A stretch of DNA of 63,628 nt, filler included. It is 4 parts of 4 records of this genome, joined end to end, with 100 filler letters (N's around TTAATTAATTAA, not from the genome) between each part and the next. Parts side by side here need not be neighbours in the genome. Positions count along the whole stretch, not along the records: positions 18,496 to 39,095 come from DRR723986_5489; positions 39,196 to 54,360 come from DRR723986_5490; 2 more parts are not named here. One strand, written 5' to 3'. The position numbers and the translations under genes are program-made. Below, piece by piece: positions 30,321 to 40,633 of this stretch. The notes below the pieces were generated by a model. The model ran no database searches. It worked only from the letters and a program-made list of their open reading frames with translations, and was not told where the DNA came from. Within the stretch, counting starts at the first letter, position 1. Each line of letters starts with the position of its first letter.

Positions 30321-30498
30321 ATTTAATCAACAGGCCAAGGTGAGTTAGAGCAAGTTAACAGAGCCGGGGCCAATCTGACCCAGGAGTAAGAACAAATGTT
30401 TGAATCTAAAACACCAGTGCCCACCACCTCAAAAGTCAGGAAAACGAGCACTGTGTTAAAGTCTGCATTAAACATGCCTGTCCACTTAATGGTATCAG

Positions 30499-32940
30499 CT
30501 AGAATGGCGAAGAAAGCGTTACTGACCAGCCAAAATCATTGCCGATGGGGCTTTCTACCGACCAGCCCGCGTCAAATCCCAGGAAAAATACGTTGCTGAT
30601 AAAAATTGGGATTTTGCCGATGCCAAAGCCGACTTCCGTATGTCCGTTGCTGCCCGTGCCGGTATAAAAACCACTCTCCAGGTTAAGTGGCGCGTTTTGC
30701 TCAAATATTCCACTGTTAACAAATAGGCTGACATCCAAACCCCGACCTTCGAAGGTTGGTAAGCCAATTGCGCGCCACCACAAATCGGTGAAATTGTGGC
30801 GTGCATACAATGCCACATATTCAGTGCCACCGAAGAAGCCCGGGCCGCCGGTGATAAATTGATCCGCGCGCCCAAAAACACGTAAACGCGTTGGCATTAC
30901 AAATTGATGTTGGATGGGTGTTTCGTCATCCGCTATGCCGCCCTTAAGCGCCAGTTCCAGCGTCATTGGTACATATCCGGAACTGAAGGTCGGAATGGTG
31001 CTGCGCACGCCGCCACGCAAGACGCGAAAGCGGTCACCAGTAGCATCGGCCTCGGCGTAGAGCGCTTCCAGCTGTGCTGTTACATCGAATCGCGTGCTGG
31101 TAGAAATACTCAGGTTAACATCATAGTTGCCCCAGGTGGCAACGCTGCGAATAATATTAAACTGCCCCTCGGCAACCGCCGGGTTAGCACGGAAAATGCC
31201 ATCTTCGTTGGGAGCAAAGGCAGACTTAAACAGTCCACTTTCGGAGGTCCTTGCGGTACTGAAGTGACGCTCCTGGCTGAACCCGGTATAAAAGTTAATG
31301 CGGTCGTGGCGCAACGTTAAACCCGCGCTCCAGCCATGGCGCTCAAAATAATCGTAGTGATCCTGGCTGAACAACGCGGCCAAAACTGTATTGGCCTCGC
31401 GGAAAAAAGACCTTCCATGCGGCTGCGTTGCCAGCTCGGCAAAGACCGAAGCTGCCGCCCAAAGGTTGCCGTGCTCCCAGTCGAGAACACGGCTGCTTAG
31501 GCGCGCGTTGCCATAGAATTCTTCGGTGCCAAAAGCGTAGAAACCTTCGCCGTCAAAGCGCAGCGGATCGTAAAACATTCTGAACTCCAGGCCTGGAGCG
31601 GCACCGGCAACGCGGTTAAACACAAACTCAGGGCTGTAGTTGTACCTGAATGTAGCACCATCGATAGGATTACCGGCAGCAATATTTGCCTCGCGTACAA
31701 GACTGTCTACTTTGGCGTACATCCTGGTTTCGCGGTCTGTTAACTGCGCCGGGGAAGAACGTTCCCAAAACTCAGCTGCGCTGGAATCGGCCAGGGGACT
31801 AACGCTGAAAATTGTTTCCTGTTTGTAGATCGAATCGGGGAGTGGTTTGTTAACAACAATATCGCGGTAAAAGCTGGTTGCGCTAAGCCTGCCGCCAACT
31901 TCGGCGATTCCAGCAATGACCGTGACAGAACCTGAGCCGGAAGAGTTGAGAAAGGTTGGAGCCCAAATGCTGTCGGCCACTTCTTCAAATTTTTGATGAA
32001 ATTTAACATCATCGATATAGCGGATCGCGGTGCCTGCACTGGGCTCGGCCCGCACTTCAATCAAATCATATGTACCGCTTACAATTGTCATGCTGCCAAC
32101 AAATCCCGGGAAAACATCCGAGTAGGGTTTGAAGTCCAGCGTCCATGCAACTTGATCGTCAAGCATGGTGCGTTTGTTAAGTGTGAATTCATATGAGTCG
32201 AGTGCGTCGGAGGCAAGCGGCGTTGTAATCACCGCGTTTGAAATGCGAAAGCGTTCTTCGTAGAAGCTGTAGAAATTGGTAATCGCCAGCAGGTTGTTGT
32301 CGGGTGTTATGTTGGCGGTCTGGCGCCGTTTTTCTATTGAAATATGAGTGACGTCGGCTTCATTATCGCGCATCACAGTTGAAAACGATTCGCGCAACTG
32401 ATTGCGGTCTTTGTCTTCGATCTCACCAAAAACATTGCCTTCGATTTCAAAGGAGAGTTTGCTGTAGAGTTCGGCTTTGAAGGTTTTGAGGCGTTCCTGA
32501 TTGGCGTCTTTGCGCTGTATGGCGCGCCGCACAATTTCCTCCGGAGTTGGTTCGGCGGTCACGATAACCTCGCCCATTTTGATATCTGTCGGCTGCAGCG
32601 CGATTGTGTTTATGTCGCTTTCGGATGTAATGCTGATGCCACGCTGTTTAACATAACCGAGCGAGGAGACATCGATTACGGCCGGAAGTGAAGAGACCGA
32701 GATCCTGAAAGACCCGTCGCTGAGACTGTAAGTGCCGACGTCATGACTCGAAACGTAAATCGTTGCGCCTGGAATTGTCTGATCGTTTTGCGCATTCTTG
32801 ACGAACCCCGAAATCGTAAATATGGATTGCGCATAACCCGGCGTCTGTTGGCCTGCAAAAAGAGTCACAAAAATTGCAAAAGCTGGAAGCAGACGCAAGC
32901 GGCCCGAAGCTGCTGCGCCAAAGTGGTAAGAATTTGGCAT
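30499..32940 (-). CDS. DUF5686-type outer-membrane protein with N-terminal carboxypeptidase-regulatory-like domain
   Basis: Signal peptide, ISGFVKN...IPGATI...GTYS..DGSF, EEIVRRAI, FNRVAG, terminal ...LSSPF. Start trimmed to ATG 32940. Confidence 0.75.
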   Translation of the reverse strand: MPNSYHFGAAASGRLRLLPAFAIFVTLFAGQQTPGYAQSIFTISGFVKNAQNDQTIPGATIYVSSHDVGTYSLSDGSFRISVSSLPAVIDVSSLGYVKQRGISITSESDINTIALQPTDIKMGEVIVTAEPTPEEIVRRAIQRKDANQERLKTFKAELYSKLSFEIEGNVFGEIEDKDRNQLRESFSTVMRDNEADVTHISIEKRRQTANITPDNNLLAITNFYSFYEERFRISNAVITTPLASDALDSYEFTLNKRTMLDDQVAWTLDFKPYSDVFPGFVGSMTIVSGTYDLIEVRAEPSAGTAIRYIDDVKFHQKFEEVADSIWAPTFLNSSGSGSVTVIAGIAEVGGRLSATSFYRDIVVNKPLPDSIYKQETIFSVSPLADSSAAEFWERSSPAQLTDRETRMYAKVDSLVREANIAAGNPIDGATFRYNYSPEFVFNRVAGAAPGLEFRMFYDPLRFDGEGFYAFGTEEFYGNARLSSRVLDWEHGNLWAAASVFAELATQPHGRSFFREANTVLAALFSQDHYDYFERHGWSAGLTLRHDRINFYTGFSQERHFSTARTSESGLFKSAFAPNEDGIFRANPAVAEGQFNIIRSVATWGNYDVNLSISTSTRFDVTAQLEALYAEADATGDRFRVLRGGVRSTIPTFSSGYVPMTLELALKGGIADDETPIQHQFVMPTRLRVFGRADQFITGGPGFFGGTEYVALYARHNFTDLWWRAIGLPTFEGRGLDVSLFVNSGIFEQNAPLNLESGFYTGTGSNGHTEVGFGIGKIPIFISNVFFLGFDAGWSVESPIGNDFGWSVTLSSPF

Positions 32941-33226
32941 GTGGGTATCTTGGGATTGAATTGGAGCGGAAAATTCCAAATGCTTGATGCCAGGAAATAT
33001 GTGCCGGGAACAGACTTCCAAAGGGAAACCTGTAGCCGCTCTACGCCGCTCTTCCAAAATTGTTACTTAAGACCGTGTTACCATCTGCGCAGAGAAGTAA
33101 TCGCGCAAAAAGTCGCGCAAAAAGTCGCGATTGCAGTCCGCATCCAAACCGAATGCAGACACTCCGACTGTGGCAAGTCAGAGTCTGTTTGTAACTGTGG
33201 CTACAGGAAATTCAGCCGTTTCAGCA

Positions 33227-35692
33227 TCAGAGTGGCGAGGAAAGCGAAAGTCCCCAGGCAAAACGTCCCTTAGCGATCGGTCCCACACCCCAGGCCGCAT
33301 CCAGGCGCAAAAACAAGACATTTGAAAATGGCGTTGGAATGCGTCCGATAGCAAAGCCGGCCTCAGAGTACCAGGCCGAACCACTTGATTTAAGCGCGCC
33401 GGCGGATGTATTGCGATAGTAAGCCGAACCACCCTGGACGGCCAGCTCAATGCCGCGATCGTCAATCTCGGGCAAACCAAACATGCGCCACACAAAATCG
33501 GTGAAGTTGTGCTCAGCATAGGCGCTCACGAACTGGGTGCCGCCAACTTCGCCTGCAGGAGCCGTAAAGAAGTGACCAAAACTGCCCAAGATGCCAAAAC
33601 GGCGGGGCATAATCGCCTGAAATTGTGTGGGTGTCTCGTCGGTCGTAATTCCGCCGCTGATACGCGCGCGCAGCAGCATTGGAGTGTAGCCCGTATAAAA
33701 AGTCGGGACTACAAAAAATAGCGCGCCTTCAGCTCCCGAGAACTCCTGCCCGATGCGGTATTCTTCGCCGATGAATCCGTTTAGCTCAAATGCAATATCG
33801 GCTGAGGAGCCGGAGAACTGCGGCCGGGTTTCGCCCCAGCGCAACTGTGCACGCAAAGAGCGGAAAGCGCCGCTCTCGGTCAACAAATTTGGTCGGTATC
33901 TGGCCGTTTCATTCTCACCGCTGATGGGCGAGTTTTCAAGACTTGTAGACAGCGAATCCATGCGCTCCTCCGCAAAACGCATCGAAAGCTGCAAGTCATT
34001 GTAGCCGGTAAAAATGTTGAAGTCCCAGCCGTCGCTGCTATAATAGTCGTAGAAGTCGGAGTGAAATACCAGCGCCGAGACAGCGTTAAACAGCTGCGGG
34101 TATGCGTCGCCCGGCAAACGTTTGGCATCACTAAACAACCCGGCGCCTACGCGCAAAAACACGTCACCACTGTCCAGAAGCCAGCCGCCTACATTTGCAG
34201 AGGCGTAGACTTCTTCCTGGCCAAAGCTGTAACGCACCGAACTTTTAACTTCCAGCGGACCCGGCAGGAATAAAGAGTTAACACCGGCGGCAACACCTTC
34301 TACGCGGTTAAAGTCGAGTAGTGGTACAACAGGTGAGTTAAGTGAATAACGTTCGCCAATCGAAACAAAGTCATCTTCTTCGGCCTGTACCAGACTATCG
34401 ATTTCATCGTAAATGCGGCGTTCATCTTCGGTCAGAACTCCAATACTGCGCTCGTCCCAGAACGACGTGTCGGCTGAATCTGCTGCCGCGGCGACCATGA
34501 CGGGTTCGTCGCGTTCAAACAGGCTGTCGGGCAGGAAGGGGTTGACTTCCAGTTCTTCCCAGATGCTGGTGGCGTTAAAATCCAGTTCAATTTCGATTGC
34601 TCCACTAATCAGGTCAATATGCGTTTTGCCGCTTGTCTCCAGGTAGGAGGGAAACCAGACGTCTTCAGCGATTTCCTCAAACTTTTGCGTGTACTGCAGT
34701 TCGCGTACAAAGGGGAGCGCGGCCTCATCGCTGGGGCGCAAGTCGGCCTGCACCAGTTGGAAGGTTTCGTTGACAATGTGCAGACTGCCCTGAAAAGTCG
34801 GGAATAGTTCAGTATCGGAGATTACATCAATCACATAGATTGTTTGCTGGCCACGCCGGATGCGTTCGCGGATTGAATATTTGTAATATGAAAGCGCGTC
34901 ATCGGCGATTGGTGATGTCAGCTCAGCGCCGGCGACGTCAATCACGTCATCATAAAAATTGACGAATTCTGTGAGTGCCACGAGGTTGTTGTCTTTGGAG
35001 ATGTTGGCCGTCTGGCGGCGGCGCACAATTTCCACCTGCGTGCGGTCTTCTTCGTAGTCGCGGTAAACGCGGGAGTAGGTTTCGAGTATAAATTCCTGAT
35101 TGCGTCTGTCAAAGGGTTGTTGTTTGGCGGCTTGTTCGCGGCGCGACTTGATTGAGCGGCGTTTCTCTGGTGGGTTCGCATTGATTTGCAGGCGGCCGAG
35201 GCCACGACCATCGATGAGCAAGAGCACTTTGGAGTACAACATGCCGTTGATGCCTTGCAGGCGCTCCAGGTTTTCGCGTTTGTTTTCTATCGCACGGCGG
35301 ATGATGTCTTCAGCCGTCAGTGATGCCACAACATTGACGCTGCCCAACTCAATCGCAACGGGCTGCAGGCGAATCAGCAGATCCTGCGCGGCGCCGGCAA
35401 CTTCAACTTCCTGGGGTTCATGCGCTATCGAGCTGATTACGAGCGTGGAACTGCCCGCATTCAGCGCCAGGCGGAAGCGGCCGTTGGTAAATGTATAAGT
35501 ACCATCGGCAGTGCCTTTTACACGGATGGAAGCTCCGGCGATGCCCGCACCAGTTTCGGCGTCCACCACACGACCTTCTACGATAATCTGGGCTGCGTCC
35601 TGCCCGGTCTGGGCGATTGCTCGATTGTTTGCAGCTTCAAACCCGACGACAAACAAAAAAATCAGAAAAATGCCGTGGAATATTCTGGACAT
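33227..35692 (-). CDS. DUF5686-type outer-membrane protein (paralog of 30499-32940)
   Basis: Same architecture with shared motifs RRQTANI..DNNL.A, FNRV.G, HNFTD..WR..GLP...RG, GF.IG.IP. Confidence 0.75.
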   Translation of the reverse strand: MSRIFHGIFLIFLFVVGFEAANNRAIAQTGQDAAQIIVEGRVVDAETGAGIAGASIRVKGTADGTYTFTNGRFRLALNAGSSTLVISSIAHEPQEVEVAGAAQDLLIRLQPVAIELGSVNVVASLTAEDIIRRAIENKRENLERLQGINGMLYSKVLLLIDGRGLGRLQINANPPEKRRSIKSRREQAAKQQPFDRRNQEFILETYSRVYRDYEEDRTQVEIVRRRQTANISKDNNLVALTEFVNFYDDVIDVAGAELTSPIADDALSYYKYSIRERIRRGQQTIYVIDVISDTELFPTFQGSLHIVNETFQLVQADLRPSDEAALPFVRELQYTQKFEEIAEDVWFPSYLETSGKTHIDLISGAIEIELDFNATSIWEELEVNPFLPDSLFERDEPVMVAAAADSADTSFWDERSIGVLTEDERRIYDEIDSLVQAEEDDFVSIGERYSLNSPVVPLLDFNRVEGVAAGVNSLFLPGPLEVKSSVRYSFGQEEVYASANVGGWLLDSGDVFLRVGAGLFSDAKRLPGDAYPQLFNAVSALVFHSDFYDYYSSDGWDFNIFTGYNDLQLSMRFAEERMDSLSTSLENSPISGENETARYRPNLLTESGAFRSLRAQLRWGETRPQFSGSSADIAFELNGFIGEEYRIGQEFSGAEGALFFVVPTFYTGYTPMLLRARISGGITTDETPTQFQAIMPRRFGILGSFGHFFTAPAGEVGGTQFVSAYAEHNFTDFVWRMFGLPEIDDRGIELAVQGGSAYYRNTSAGALKSSGSAWYSEAGFAIGRIPTPFSNVLFLRLDAAWGVGPIAKGRFAWGLSLSSPL

Positions 35693-35885
35693 AAGTTATA
35701 CCCGGATGTGTCAGTTGCAATCACGTGTAAGGCAATAAGTGGGGACGTTTATTTGGCGCAAATCCTGCACGAACGTCACCCCGCCGTTAAATGTTTCAGT
35801 ACTGTTCCTGATTCTGCCTGAATTTTGCTAAATTACTGCACGCCGTTTGTGTAATTCCGGCGGCGCATTCAGTAAATGTCATGGC

Positions 35886-36524
35886 ATGAACGACCCAAAA
35901 GAACGCATCGAAACCCGGCAGGAACGCCAAGTAAAGTCTCGCGAAGAGGACTCCGTCTTGATACGCGAGGCGGTAGAAGGCAACCAACGAGCGTTCACCC
36001 AGCTGCAGAAAAAGTATTACCCGGCGATTGCCAATCTGATTCGGCGTATGCTGCGCAACAGCGACGACGTAGAGGATTTGGTACAGGAAACCTTTGTTAA
36101 GGCTTTCAAGGCAATTGCCAGCTTTAACCATGATTATGCTTTTTCTACCTGGCTCTATAAAATTGCTTCCAACCACTGTATCGACTTTTTGCGCAAGCGC
36201 CGCTTAAAAACGTTTTCGATCGATCAACCGATTGAGACGCGTGACGGCGAAATGCGTTACGAATTGGCGGATGATTCCTGGACGCCCGACGGTGAGATTC
36301 AGGATCGTGAGAAACTGCGCATTCTTAACAAAGCGATTGAAGACTTGCCGGAGAAGTACAGACGTGTCATCAAGTTACGCCACGAAGAGGAGCTTGATTA
36401 CCAGGAAATTGCGGACCAACTTGGTCTTCCACTCGGAACGGTCAAGGCGCATCTTTTTCGTGCCCGCGCGCTCTTGTTTAAGAAGCTCAAGAACAAAGTT
36501 TACCATTTTTACCCGGACCGATAG
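35886..36524 (+). CDS. ECF sigma-70 factor (RpoE/SigW-like)
   Basis: DVEDLVQETFVKAF, FSTWLYKIASNHCID, YQEIADQLGLPLGTVKAHLFRAR. Confidence 0.93.
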   Translation: MNDPKERIETRQERQVKSREEDSVLIREAVEGNQRAFTQLQKKYYPAIANLIRRMLRNSDDVEDLVQETFVKAFKAIASFNHDYAFSTWLYKIASNHCIDFLRKRRLKTFSIDQPIETRDGEMRYELADDSWTPDGEIQDREKLRILNKAIEDLPEKYRRVIKLRHEEELDYQEIADQLGLPLGTVKAHLFRARALLFKKLKNKVYHFYPDR

Positions 36525-36549
36525 TCGGCCGCCCCAACCGAGGTATTAT

Positions 36550-37257
36550 ATGAAATGGATGCACCTTTTAACTGGTTTACGCCGGTGGAAGGCACTTTTT
36601 GCGTTTTGCCTTACCATACCATTTTGTTTGTCTCCGAGTTTAAATGCTGGAGGTTTTGCGATTGGCGGGGGACTTTCAACGCCGAGTGACGAGATCAACA
36701 ACGTCTACAATCGCGATAACTTCAGTGAGGATAATACCGGTCCACGTTTTTTGCGCGATGCTGCAGGCATAGGTTTTCATCTGGCGGCGCGTTATTACGT
36801 GGAGTTGGACGAGGAATTTTCACTGGTTTTTGGCATTGGGCTCAATCGCTTTAGTGAGTCCCAGATTGAAGTAATTGATGATGACACGCAGGAGTTTCTG
36901 GCGCTGCTGCAGTCCACACAAAATATCGTACCAATTTCGGTGGGCATCGACTATCCGTTGCTGCGCTCTTTTGCCGGCCTCTATCTGGCGGGGGATTTGC
37001 AGTACAACTACATTTTCCATACTGTAGACATCGTGCGCAATGATCTGGCAATTCCCTTGATTGATACGCCGAGCGACAATCGCGTAGGTGCCAGCCTGGG
37101 TTTTGGTTTTGAATTTGACCTGCAATTGTTGATCCTGGATCTTGGTTTGCGCTTTAATCATGCCAATCTGATCGGGAAAGAAGACCAGGAAGGTGACAAA
37201 ACCTATTTCACTCTTAATGTTAGTGTACTTTTTGGTGAAAAAACTGAATCCGAATAA
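36550..37257 (+). CDS. Outer-membrane beta-barrel protein
   Basis: Signal peptide, alternating beta strands, C-terminal FTLNVSVLF. Confidence 0.7.
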   Translation: MKWMHLLTGLRRWKALFAFCLTIPFCLSPSLNAGGFAIGGGLSTPSDEINNVYNRDNFSEDNTGPRFLRDAAGIGFHLAARYYVELDEEFSLVFGIGLNRFSESQIEVIDDDTQEFLALLQSTQNIVPISVGIDYPLLRSFAGLYLAGDLQYNYIFHTVDIVRNDLAIPLIDTPSDNRVGASLGFGFEFDLQLLILDLGLRFNHANLIGKEDQEGDKTYFTLNVSVLFGEKTESE

Positions 37258-37606
37258 CTATATTAACTAACCGATTACTGTCGGTTCTAGGTTGCTCACT
37301 CCAGCCAACCAGACCGCAGTTAATCACGTAGAACCGCTCAGCATTCAACCTGTACTGCATCCCCAGCCTGAGCGGTAGTCTGAACCATAATTTGCTTCAT
37401 TTGCTTCATTTGCTGAAGTGAAACGCTTGGACTAATGCGGAAGAACCAACACACTGTGGGCAAATAGCCGGCAGCTACAACACCGTATTCCGTGCAAAAA
37501 TGTCCAGGAGAAACCGACTAGACGCCTTAACCCGGGGTGTAGGTCTGCACTTGGCCGCACCTCACTGTAAATCCTAAAATGACCAGTAAAAAGCCACAAG
37601 ACCCAC

Positions 37607-38848
37607 ATGCCAACAAACCAAAGTACTCTTCCAAACTCAACTATAGAATCTACATCTGTATTGATAGTAGACGACAATAGCGAGTTTGTTGACTCGCTGG
37701 TGCGCAGCTTGCAGCATGACAGTCAATTTACCGACGTAGACATTCTCAAAGCGTATTCGGCGGAAGAAGCCCTCAAGCTCTTTCGGGATGGTGGACGGGT
37801 TGCGGTTCTGGTCTCCGATTTAGTCATGCCGGGTATGGACGGCATTGCCCTGATTGAACTGGTGCGCAAGATTTCACCGATGACCGTGCGTGTGCTTATC
37901 TCCGGCACAGGCGAACGCGAAGACATAATTCGAGCAGTCAATGACGGCGGAGTGTTCCACTTTGCTTCCAAGCCGATTGACTTTGACAGCTTTAATGCTG
38001 CTCTGCGTCAAAGCATCTGGCATTACAACATCAGCATCACGGAACAGGAGCTGGTCGATTCTACGCTCAAGAACATCATCAAATTACTGGTTGACTTGCT
38101 GACCTATGTAGATCCGGAGGCACATCAGCGCGCGCTGCGCGTGCGTGAGATCGTTGGACGGCTCTGCCGCCGTCTGCAGGTCAAGCCGAATTGGAACTAC
38201 GAGGTGGCGGCTATGCTGGCGCAGTTCATAGCCGTCAATCTTCCGCCGGAACTTCTGCTTCAAAGCATAGGCAATGAAAAACTGGCGGAAGAGCACCGCG
38301 GTTCAATTCCACGCAATGCCAAAACTGTTTATGATATGCTGAACCGAATTCCGCGCCTGGAATACGTGGCGGCCTCCGTGCTCTATCAACACAAACACTT
38401 TGATGGTAGCGGTTTTCCGGTTAACGGCATTGCCGGCAAAAAAATCGTTTTTGGTGGTCGCCTTCTTAAAGTCGCACTGGATTTTGAGTTGTTAACACAG
38501 TCGGGTATTGAGCCCCGATTGGTGCTGGATAACATGCACAACAATCGCGGCGTCTATGACCCGGATCTTTTGGCTGCGTTGGATGCCGAAGTTTTACAGT
38601 TGCGCAGTGACGTTTCGGTCAGACGGTTAAAGCTGCGCGACCTTCTGGAAGGCATGGTGCTCGCATTTGATGTTGTTAATACGAATGGTGTAGCCCTGCT
38701 GCCGGCCAACAGCAAAGTCACCGCTGAAGCTTTAAAGCGCCTGCAATTGATCGCGCGTTACCACAGCGTAGTTGAACCAGTGTTTGTGTATCGCAGGCTT
38801 ATGATTACAGGAAATGGGCCGGAACCTGCCAAAGTACCAGGCGAATAA
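37607..38848 (+). CDS. Response regulator with degenerate HD-GYP-like domain
   Basis: REC: VLIVDD, SDLVMPGMDG, SKP. HD-GYP-like HKHFDGSGFP, but AAMLAQ replaces the HD pair. Confidence 0.82.
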   Translation: MPTNQSTLPNSTIESTSVLIVDDNSEFVDSLVRSLQHDSQFTDVDILKAYSAEEALKLFRDGGRVAVLVSDLVMPGMDGIALIELVRKISPMTVRVLISGTGEREDIIRAVNDGGVFHFASKPIDFDSFNAALRQSIWHYNISITEQELVDSTLKNIIKLLVDLLTYVDPEAHQRALRVREIVGRLCRRLQVKPNWNYEVAAMLAQFIAVNLPPELLLQSIGNEKLAEEHRGSIPRNAKTVYDMLNRIPRLEYVAASVLYQHKHFDGSGFPVNGIAGKKIVFGGRLLKVALDFELLTQSGIEPRLVLDNMHNNRGVYDPDLLAALDAEVLQLRSDVSVRRLKLRDLLEGMVLAFDVVNTNGVALLPANSKVTAEALKRLQLIARYHSVVEPVFVYRRLMITGNGPEPAKVPGE

Positions 38849-39095
38849 GCTGCTGGGTATGTAATTTGCTAAATATGGATTCAGGCATGGTTGTTGAAGC
38901 TGTCTTTAATACCGCGCGGAGCTTCAAGCGCGCTGAAGTGGGCCTGCGGAGCCAACTGTGGGCAGATAACTAGTGGGCATTGGGTGTGAAATTCGGTAAT
39001 TGCAGCATATACCGTAACGATGCGCTTCGGGCTGCTATTCTATTAATCGGTGAACCACGCTTGGGGTCATTGAGGTCATTCACAGAGTCTTGGGG

Positions 39096-39195
39096 NNNNN
39101 NNNNNNNNNNNNNNNNNNNNNNNNNNNNNNNNNNNNNNNTTAATTAATTAANNNNNNNNNNNNNNNNNNNNNNNNNNNNNNNNNNNNNNNNNNNN
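39096..39195. other. Artificial contig linker
   Basis: N44-TTAATTAATTAA-N44. Confidence 0.99.
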
Positions 39196-39223
39196 GCGGG
39201 TTCAAGTCCTGCCGGGCCTACCA
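39196..39223 (+). tRNA. tRNA 3' fragment (T-arm, acceptor strand, CCA); resembles alphaproteobacterial tRNA-Ile2/Met(CAT); probable att core
   Basis: GCGGG-TTCAAGT-CCTGC-CGGGCCT-A-CCA. The anticodon is absent, so the isotype is uncertain. Confidence 0.75.
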
Positions 39224-39465
39224 AAATTCCGTCTTTTTCGTTTAAAAACAACGCAATAGTGACCCACGATTAGTGTAAACAGCCATATTAAGTTTCAATG
39301 GGTTATAAGCAAGGTGTCCCACGGCTTTTTGCTTTTTGCGCAAAGTTTCTTATGCAAACAACATTTCCCAGACGACAGCCAATAGATTCGCATAGTCGTG
39401 CGACGATCCCCCCCCAAACGTCTGATAACACGCCCAATGCGCAGTATTGTCACTGGTTCTCACGC

Positions 39466-39687
39466 TCACCCAGTGTCACACCTCCAAACCAATCGAAAAT
39501 CACTCCCCCCAACGGCCCCACACCGGTGACACTTTGCGCGCCTGACAACATCCCCGACCGTCTCAGGGGGATTAGGCAACTCTAACAAGCGGGCAACCTC
39601 AATTGGGGCCGCATAGCCACAACCGCAGTAAACCCAGATCAGGTGAGTGGATACTTGCGAAAGAGTGGTAGTGCCGCGTTGCTTCAT
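39466..39687 (-). CDS. Small hypothetical Zn-ribbon-like protein
   Basis: CGCG...CHRCG in a 73-aa ORF. Confidence 0.55.
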   Translation of the reverse strand: MKQRGTTTLSQVSTHLIWVYCGCGYAAPIEVARLLELPNPPETVGDVVRRAKCHRCGAVGGSDFRLVWRCDTG

Positions 39688-39771
39688 TGGATGTTCCGCA
39701 ATTGTTCTTTAATCAAGCCCCGATATACCACGGGTAAACTCGCCCGCTACCCCACATGTTCGGAGACCCAG

Positions 39772-40229
39772 ATGCACCGCGTAATCCCAGCCATTTTGAT
39801 CTGTCTATTTACAGTAGGCTGTGAGCCAGAAAAACAGACGCCAGTTGTGAGCATTTCGGAGAACCAAATCATCGGCGCTGTGACCCACGTTCGTGACGGT
39901 GACACGATCGAGGTTGCGGACATCCCCGTCCGATTAAGCGGCCTTACCTGCGACGAACGCAGAACCCCTCTTGGCAAGGCGGGAACCAAGGCGATGAAAT
40001 CACTGATCGCTGGACAGCGAATCACGTGTGACCTTACTGGAAGAAATCCTATGACCGCGAAATTGGCCGATGCCGCCTTACAGATGGCCGCGACCTAGGC
40101 GAAGAGCTTATCTCACAGGGCGTTTGCGGACGCTGTGAACGGTACGACCCACAAGGGACTTACATCAGCGCACAATCTATAGCAGGCGCGTTCCTAGGTA
40201 AGGTTCCGAACTATTGTAAGTCCGGATAA
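39772..40229 (+). pseudogene. Thermonuclease (SNase)-family lipoprotein, frameshifted
   Basis: VTHVRDGDTIEV...VRLSGL...ITCDLTGR, then the expected SYDREIGRC...DLGEELISQGVC...Y continues in another frame after GGAAGAAATCC (~40038-40048). Confidence 0.75.
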
Positions 40230-40270
40230 TTTTACTACGCCTACTCACTACGCCATGCGCGACCATCAAC

Positions 40271-40468
40271 AATGTCCGCCTTGCGCAGATAACGAACTTT
40301 GCAAAGTCACGCGGACGGCCCGAAGGAGACATCCAGCCGCAACCTGCGATGCTGCGGCGCGGCCTGTCATTGCGGAATTTCGCTGCTACCGCAAAACAAA
40401 TCGAAGGGCGAACTCACAGTTCGTGGGACTTTGCCACCGTTCGCGGCTCGTACGCCAATGGCCGCTTT
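40271..40468. repeat. Non-coding repeat element (AATGTCCGC-type motifs plus a 40-nt core), left copy
   Basis: AATGTCCGCC (40271), AATGGCCGCTTT (40457); core 40282-40321 matches 46301-46340 at 30/40 positions ungapped. Confidence 0.6.
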
Positions 40469-40633
40469 CGACCCTTAACTCATTGGGCCAGATGGGCCAT
40501 CAGGGCAATCCAAACTCCTTGGTTCGCACCCTAGGCGACAACCAAGTCTCCGGGCACCATTCGCAGCGCGATTTTGGAAAAAAGACTGAATTTGATTCAT
40601 CCTCTAGACGACATGCTCTTGAGGTAACCAACG

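Noticed and set aside
33101-33129. 12-bp tandem duplication (TCGCGCAAAAAG x2.5) between the DUF5686 paralogs
   Set aside because: Too short to interpret alone; it also suggests this genome has a general background of intergenic tandem repeats, a caveat for the motif-array finding.
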